Assembly: GCA_031279415.1 (NCBI GenBank)
Contig: JAITIP010000025.1
Coordinates: forward strand, 11,060 to 75,059
Direction: 5' to 3'
Length of the DNA stretch: 64,000 nucleotides
Source of the DNA: Candidatus Endomicrobium procryptotermitis
Lineage (GTDB): Bacteria; Elusimicrobiota; Endomicrobiia; Endomicrobiales; Endomicrobiaceae
Shown here: positions 59,333-64,000 of the stretch, piece after piece
How the letters are laid out: every line of letters begins with the position of its first letter
Position numbering within the stretch: the first letter of the stretch is position 1
The notes under the pieces: generated by a model
Database searches by the model: none
Told to the model about the DNA's origin: nothing
What the model saw: only the letters and a program-made list of their open reading frames with translations
Translations under genes and position numbers: made by a program

Positions 59333-59450
59333 AAATAAAAAATATACGCTTGATCAGAAACGTGAATGTATAAAACGTGAGCTTGGGTACCGTAAGAGCG
59401 TTTATCCGAGGCTTGTGACACAAGGTAAGATCAAGCGGATCACGAAATAA
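59325..59450 (+). CDS. Hypothetical small phage protein
   Basis: 41 aa (MAENKKYTLDQKRECIKRELGYRKSVYPRLVTQGKIKRITK). Its ATG overlaps the end of the NinG-like gene. Confidence 0.3.
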   Translation: MAENKKYTLDQKRECIKRELGYRKSVYPRLVTQGKIKRITK

Positions 59451-59512
59451 GCATAATGCAGGCAGTTCTTGACGATCTGTACAAGAAGAAAGCGCCGGGG
59501 GAACTTCTTTAG

Positions 59513-60111
59513 ATGCTGACTCATGGTTCTTTCTTCTCGGGTGTGGGTTGCTTTGATTTGGCAGCTAAGCGTTGTGGCATTAAGAGTATCTTTCATTGTG
59601 AAAGGGAATATATGGAGAGAGGAGTGGACTTTGGAATGAATATTACAAAATTATATGCAATGTTAGACCACCATACATTATTGCCGAAAACTCTTCAATG
59701 CTGCTTATTCGAGGATTCGAACGAGTCATTGCCGATCTTTCCAAAATCGGGTATTGCATTGAATGGAAAACTATACGAGCGAGTGATTTCGGATATCCAC
59801 ATAAGAGAGAAAGGCTTTTTATCATTGCCTACACCAGTAAAATGCGATGCAAAAATAATATTGAAGAAAGTATCTTCATTCCGAAAATATTACGACAATG
59901 GACATCAAGACAAGTTGCTTTACCAATGCCAATTAAACGGTATGACTCCGAGACAAACTTTGACGGTTTACGAATTAATGATGGGTTTGCCGGAAAATTG
60001 GACGAAGATTTTAAAAGAAGAATAGAATGTTGCGGTAATGCGATAGTTGTAGATATTGCGCAAGCTTTATTTGAGTGTATTCAATATTTTAATGAAAGGA
60101 TCGATTGTTAA
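59513..60111 (+). pseudogene. Decayed C5-cytosine DNA methyltransferase (multiple frameshifts, PCQ catalytic motif and TRD missing)
   Basis: Motif I FSGVGCFDLA is in frame A. PPYIIAENSSML (ENV-type) and HKRERLFIIAY (motif VIII) are in frame B. LTVYELMMGLPENWT is in frame A and GNAIVVDIA (motif X) in frame B. All of this fits within about 600 bp. Confidence 0.7.
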
Positions 60112-60833
60112 TGCAAAAAGAAGTCATTGGAAATCATATCCTATATTGCGGAGATTGTCTCGAAGTGATGACTGAACTTGGAGGTAAAAGCATTGATTTA
60201 GTGTTTACGGATCCGCCTTATTATGATGCTGTGGAAAAACTTAATTATCATAAGCAGCGGTCAGTGACGAAATTAGGAGTAAAGACCCGGAGCTATAAGA
60301 AGTTCAATAATTGGAAAGTACCTAAAAACAATGTTTATCAGGAACTTTTACGGATCTCAAAAGAGCAGATAATTTGTGGTATTAATTATTTTTCAGACTT
60401 TGTTGATGTCCCTTCAGGCAGAATTATATGGGATAAAAAGAGATCCGGTAGGCTTCCTTTTTCTGATGCAGAAATAGCATCGGTTTCAATGATCGAAACT
60501 GTGAAAATGTATAGGTTCAGATGGGACGGCATGCTTCAAGAAGACATGAAAAATAAAGAAAATAAGTTCCACCCTACCCAAAAGCCAGTAAAGTTGATGT
60601 GTGATATTCTAAGGGATTTTTCTAAGGACGGACAGACTGTTTTTGATGGATATGCCGGAAGCGGCAGCTTTGCTATAGCCTGCGAAAGACTAGGGCTTAG
60701 TTATATAGGCTGCGAAATAGAAGAATATTATTTTGATAAGGCCTGCCGTCGACTTGAAAATGAGTTGAAACAGCCAAAACTTAATTTAATCCAAAATCAG
60801 ATAAAAGCAGATCAGATTCAATTAAATATTTAG
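60105..60833 (+). CDS. Phage orphan N4/N6 DNA methyltransferase (beta class)
   Basis: 242 aa. Contains FTDPPYY, HPTQKPVKLM and DGYAGSGSF. Confidence 0.85.
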   Translation: MLMQKEVIGNHILYCGDCLEVMTELGGKSIDLVFTDPPYYDAVEKLNYHKQRSVTKLGVKTRSYKKFNNWKVPKNNVYQELLRISKEQIICGINYFSDFVDVPSGRIIWDKKRSGRLPFSDAEIASVSMIETVKMYRFRWDGMLQEDMKNKENKFHPTQKPVKLMCDILRDFSKDGQTVFDGYAGSGSFAIACERLGLSYIGCEIEEYYFDKACRRLENELKQPKLNLIQNQIKADQIQLNI

Positions 60834-60859
60834 CATAAATAAAAATAAGGAAGGAACAC

Positions 60860-61267
60860 ATGTCAAAAATCATTTACTTGGACACAGAAACAACCGGATT
60901 GGACAAAGAGAAGAACGATATTATTCAGGTGGCCGGAATCATCGGGAAGCATGTCAATAAATTTGATAAAACAGACAAGTTTTATCTCGCCGGACAGAAT
61001 GTGAAGTTTGATCTTGAGTTCTTACACTCATGGGCTAAGAAAAACGGTGATATTTATCTTGGGTCATACTTTTGGTGGTATGTGATAGATTTATACGTTT
61101 TCACGGCCGCTGCAAAAGCGTGGGGCTGGTACGAATTTGAAACGTTAAAGCTCTCTGATGTTTGCAAAACTCTTAAAGTGGAAATTGAGAATGCACATGA
61201 CGCTTTAGCTGATATTGAAGCAACGAAAAAGTGTATAGAAGTGTTTAGATTTGCAATTCCGTTTTAA
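60860..61267 (+). CDS. DnaQ-like 3'-5' exonuclease (compact)
   Basis: 135 aa. ExoI DTETTGLD, ExoII GQNVKFDLEFL and ExoIII HDALADIEA. Confidence 0.7.
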   Translation: MSKIIYLDTETTGLDKEKNDIIQVAGIIGKHVNKFDKTDKFYLAGQNVKFDLEFLHSWAKKNGDIYLGSYFWWYVIDLYVFTAAAKAWGWYEFETLKLSDVCKTLKVEIENAHDALADIEATKKCIEVFRFAIPF

Positions 61268-61279
61268 AGGAGGTTTGTT

Positions 61280-61516
61280 ATGGGGATATTTAAGGAGTTG
61301 GAAGATTTTAATGAATCGCATAAAGCGTGTATAGATTCTTTTGTTTCACGCGCGCTAGCAAAAGAATACGAAGAGAAAATAAAACGAACTAAGCAGAAAC
61401 TCCGAGATATGATCGAAAAAAAAGAAAACGAAAATGTTAAGGATATTAATTTTGAAGAGGATAATTATGACGCGGGCTATGCGGTTGCCTGTTCCGATAT
61501 TAAGGAGGAGCTATGA
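61280..61516 (+). CDS. Hypothetical phage protein
   Basis: 78 aa with an AGGAGG RBS. It is part of an overlapping gene train. Confidence 0.45.
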   Translation: MGIFKELEDFNESHKACIDSFVSRALAKEYEEKIKRTKQKLRDMIEKKENENVKDINFEEDNYDAGYAVACSDIKEEL

Positions 61517-61809
61517 GAGAAAAGAGAATTACAGTTGTTGAGGTTGGGAGCAGACAATGTCCATTAGCCACAAGCATTGACGGATTAAAAATAATCTGTA
61601 AAAAAACAGGAGAGACAGGGGATTGCGATTTGAATTATAGCCGCTGTAAACAAGGTCTTACCGAATTCGATCTACTTAAAAGAATGAAAAAAGCATATAA
61701 GAAAGCAGTTGATGAATATATAAAGAATAGACCTGAAGGCATAAATGAGTTGCATGAGCCGACATTGCATAACATCGGAATGAAAGCAGCGGTGGAGGCT
61801 TTGAGATGA
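61513..61809 (+). CDS. Hypothetical phage protein
   Basis: 98 aa with start/stop overlaps on both sides. Confidence 0.45.
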   Translation: MREKRITVVEVGSRQCPLATSIDGLKIICKKTGETGDCDLNYSRCKQGLTEFDLLKRMKKAYKKAVDEYIKNRPEGINELHEPTLHNIGMKAAVEALR

Positions 61810-62096
61810 AAGAAAAAATAAAATATGAAGTTTTGAAACTTGTTGGCGATGAAAGAGAAAGGCAGGATAGAAAGTGGGGTGAGCAAAACCACGATTTGCC
61901 ATTATGGGTAGGAATCCTTGGGGAAGAATATGGCGAATTTTGTCAAGCAGTAAACGAAACAGTTTTTGATAACGGCACTGAAGAATATAAAAAGGGCGGC
62001 ATGGATAATATCGTGAAAGAATTGACACAGGTTGCCGCTGTTGCAATAGCGTGTCTTGAGTGTATAAAAAGAAATCAGGTAAGTAGAGAGGTATAA
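61806..62096 (+). CDS. MazG-like nucleotide pyrophosphohydrolase-type phage protein
   Basis: 96 aa. ERERQDRKWGEQNH...ILGEEYGEFCQAV fits the all-alpha NTP-PPase pattern. Confidence 0.45.
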   Translation: MKEKIKYEVLKLVGDERERQDRKWGEQNHDLPLWVGILGEEYGEFCQAVNETVFDNGTEEYKKGGMDNIVKELTQVAAVAIACLECIKRNQVSREV

Positions 62097-62097
62097 A

Positions 62098-62328
62098 ATG
62101 CAAGAACTCTTAAAACAGGTTCAGGAGATTTTTCCGAAAGCTGAAATGCTAACGGATGATTGTATTCTTTTAGAAGATAGCCTTTATTTTCGTTACAACG
62201 CCGTCAAAGATGAATATTATATTGCAACAACTGACAAAAAACGCTCTTATGGCGCAGAAAAGATTAAAAGAGTGCTTGAGTTGCCACTCAGGCAAAAGGA
62301 GCAAGTAAATGCCAAAAATAACGATTAA
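62098..62328 (+). CDS. Hypothetical phage protein
   Basis: 76 aa. Confidence 0.4.
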   Translation: MQELLKQVQEIFPKAEMLTDDCILLEDSLYFRYNAVKDEYYIATTDKKRSYGAEKIKRVLELPLRQKEQVNAKNND

Positions 62329-62503
62329 AGGTTTTAATATGCCGAAAAACTGTAATAAATGTCGTTTATCCTCAACAAAGGTTGCGTCCGGAAACTTAGT
62401 CCTATTTGAATGTTATATTACGGGCAAAGAAGTAGATTTTAATTACGGATATGAATACAGACCATCATACTGTCCACTTATAGAAATTGATAAAGGAGAA
62501 TAA
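62309..62503 (+). CDS. Hypothetical small Cys-containing phage protein
   Basis: 64 aa with the pattern MPKNCNKC...C...CPL. Confidence 0.4.
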   Translation: MPKITIKGFNMPKNCNKCRLSSTKVASGNLVLFECYITGKEVDFNYGYEYRPSYCPLIEIDKGE

Positions 62504-62504
62504 C

Positions 62505-63335
62505 GTGGCAAAAGATACTTTCTATTTTTCACACGATTACGGCGCGAGGAATGACCCTAAAATGCAGAATCTGTTAATGGCTATGGGGCATGAAGGCAAA
62601 GGGCTTTATTGGGATATAATTGAGTTTATGTACGAACAGGGCGGATATTTAAAACTTGATGACATTGACACAATCGCATTCTCACTCCGTACAAAGCCAG
62701 AATTAATCCATGAATTAATTAATAATTTCGGGCTATTTGAAAAAGATAAAAAGCATTTTTACTCAAAATCTGTTTTAAAAAGACTTGATAAGAGGGTTGA
62801 AAAATCAGAGAGAGCAAAAGAGAGCGCAAGTAAAAGATGGCAAAAAAAAGAAGTTGAAAAATCAATCAAAAATGCGAACGCATTGCGAACGCATTGCGAA
62901 GGCAATGCTAAAAAGGAAATGAAAGGAAATGAAAGGAAAGGAAAGGAAAAGAAAGAAAATGAAAGAAAGGATACACAAGGAAAACAAAATGAAAACAAAA
63001 ACGGAAAAACCCCAGCGGGTGTAACGCCACCCGCACCCACTCGTTCTGCTTTACCAGACCAAAACGGCAAAAACACACCACCAAGCGACACAGCCAAACA
63101 GCCTATGGCTTGGAATGAACAAAGCAAGTATGCTCAGAGACTTGGCATATCTGCTGGGTTATCCGAGCAGATCATCGCAATCGCAAAAGAAAACAAGATA
63201 ATGCTGTATCGTCAGCATTGGGAGTATTTTGCGGCGAATGCGAACATGAGCGTCTTGCTGCCGATTTTACAGAGCATGGCTGACGCAAGCAAGAAGAGAA
63301 ACAAATCAGGATTTCAGCCCATAGGAAGCGGATAA
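62505..63335 (+). CDS. DUF4373 (Lin1244/Lin1753-like) replication-initiator-type protein with an internal low-complexity linker
   Basis: GTG start at 62505 after an AAGGAG RBS. N-terminal DTFYFSHDYGARNDPKMQNLL...GKGLYWDIIEFMYEQGG. The K/E/N/R-rich linker is encoded by the repeat block. Confidence 0.65.
   Translation: MAKDTFYFSHDYGARNDPKMQNLLMAMGHEGKGLYWDIIEFMYEQGGYLKLDDIDTIAFSLRTKPELIHELINNFGLFEKDKKHFYSKSVLKRLDKRVEKSERAKESASKRWQKKEVEKSIKNANALRTHCEGNAKKEMKGNERKGKEKKENERKDTQGKQNENKNGKTPAGVTPPAPTRSALPDQNGKNTPPSDTAKQPMAWNEQSKYAQRLGISAGLSEQIIAIAKENKIMLYRQHWEYFAANANMSVLLPILQSMADASKKRNKSGFQPIGSG
62873..62908 (+). repeat. Three tandem 11-bp units TGCGAACGCAT (third degenerate) forming overlapping palindromes
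   Basis: TGCGAACGCAT / TGCGAACGCAT / TGCGAAGGCAA / TGC. ATGCG-AA-CGCAT and CGCA-T-TGCG are self-complementary. Confidence 0.8.
62911..62970 (+). repeat. Six tandem 10-bp purine-rich units (consensus GAAAGGAAAT)
   Basis: aaaaggaaat gaaaggaaat gaaaggaaag gaaaggaaaa gaaagaaaat gaaagaaagg. This top-strand tract is all purine apart from its three T residues and has helical-repeat periodicity. Confidence 0.85.
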
Positions 63336-63402
63336 TCGGTCGCTGATACTTCTGCGATAAATCAGCAAATTTTAGGCACAACAAAATTTAAAACTTGAGA
63401 GG

Positions 63403-63879
63403 ATGAGGATGAATAAAGATAATGAAACATCAAAAGTAAAAACCGAAGTCATAGATGGAATACCGTCAAAAGTAGTAATGCTTGGACGCAATCTCTGCGA
63501 AAATTGCTATGGAGAACCTACGAAGTGCGGACATTTTGAAAAGGCAAAGTTCGGAGAGGGGATGACAAAAAGCGGAGTGAAACTACCTTACTGCGTGATC
63601 GAGTGCGATAGTTATGATTCCCGCACGGGTGTCCGCTGCTATGCTTGCGCCCGGTGCAAGAAGCCGCTCGGCGGCGGAAGCGGTCTTACTTCAAGAACTT
63701 TAAAATACGGTAAGCAGAAAATATACGTCTGTCAGCATTGCTATGCCGTGATAGAATCTGAAATAAAAGGCGTGCGTCAGGCGGATGTTTCAGCCGGCGG
63801 AGTGAAGCGGCGCGAAGTTATTACATCACCGATAACCACGGCAGATGTGAAGAAAAAGGAGAAAGCGAAAAATGAATAA
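63403..63879 (+). CDS. Hypothetical Cys-rich (multi CxxC) phage protein
   Basis: 158 aa with several CxxC pairs (CENC, CYACARC, CQHC). Confidence 0.45.
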   Translation: MRMNKDNETSKVKTEVIDGIPSKVVMLGRNLCENCYGEPTKCGHFEKAKFGEGMTKSGVKLPYCVIECDSYDSRTGVRCYACARCKKPLGGGSGLTSRTLKYGKQKIYVCQHCYAVIESEIKGVRQADVSAGGVKRREVITSPITTADVKKKEKAKNE

Positions 63880-64000
63880 ATATTTTATTTCTTTTGTGAT
63901 TATTACTCCGTCGGTTTGCTTTGGGTATTTTAGCAAAATTCATAAAGCCTCTCATAACATTGAAACAGACGAAGGACTTGCCGCAATATCAATCGAACTT
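63872..64000 (+). CDS. Hypothetical protein, 3' end cut by window edge
   Basis: The ATG at 63872 overlaps the previous stop. The frame is open to the end of the window (MNKYFISFVIITPSVCFGYF...). Confidence 0.3.
   Translation, partial: MNKYFISFVIITPSVCFGYFSKIHKASHNIETDEGLAAISIEL

Larger units (their letters stand above)
49873..64000. mobile_element. Prophage-like integrated element abutting tRNA-Gln (continues past the window end); no integrase seen in the visible part
   Basis: Two XRE repressors, a divergent early operon, an excisionase-type HTH, a Cas4-like nuclease, an SNF2 helicase, a NinG/HNH-like gene, orphan methylases, a DnaQ-like exonuclease, a MazG-like gene and a DUF4373 initiator-like gene. 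Small genes are tightly overlapping. The region is visibly richer in G+C than the flanking chromosome. Confidence 0.8.

Noticed and set aside
1-64000. Searched for CRISPR arrays, rRNA genes and intact IS elements.
   Set aside because: No regularly spaced 25-40-bp direct repeats, no rRNA-like sequence and no intact transposase ORF were seen. The only tandem repeats are the short ones at 62873..62970 and a two-unit 11-bp repeat at about 49986..50007.

Overview
This is an AT-rich bacterial chromosome segment. All protein calls rest on motif reading and recall of family signatures, because no searches could be run. The envelope looks diderm: a MacAB-TolC-type efflux operon, beta-barrel OMPs and lipobox proteins. 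The metabolism looks anaerobic: an adhE-rex operon, a giant BcrAD-type activase/dehydratase fusion and a radical SAM enzyme.

From 0 to 49.8 kb, housekeeping genes (mnmE, hisS, hisG, gltX, sugar-nucleotide genes, tRNA-Leu, tRNA-Gln) are interleaved with many restriction-modification or DNA-modification loci:
- a truncated HsdR_N-like gene at the left edge
- a two-gene type II R-M system
- a 999-aa type IIG enzyme
- a methylase remnant beside tRNA-Leu
- a radical-SAM/DUF4130 pair, followed on the same strand by a T5orf172(GIY-YIG-like)-EcoRI-like methylase fusion
- a methylase-Mrr-Ig fusion

From 49.9 kb to the right edge lies a prophage-like element abutting tRNA-Gln. It has two XRE repressors, an early operon with a Cas4-like nuclease fusion and an SNF2 helicase, orphan methylases (one decayed), and a DUF4373 initiator-like gene with an internal iteron/purine-tract block. 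No integrase is visible.

The leads I rank highest:
1. A roughly 640-bp ORF-free, hairpin-rich block with its own promoter inside the prophage immunity region.
2. The T5orf172-methylase + radical SAM + DUF4130 same-strand trio.
3. A tRNA-like T-arm/acceptor element inside the prophage.
4. The origin-like repeat block.
5. The adhE-rex operon with two GTGA-N6-TCAC boxes, one inside a perfect 14+2+14 palindrome.

No CRISPR array, rRNA or intact transposase was seen.
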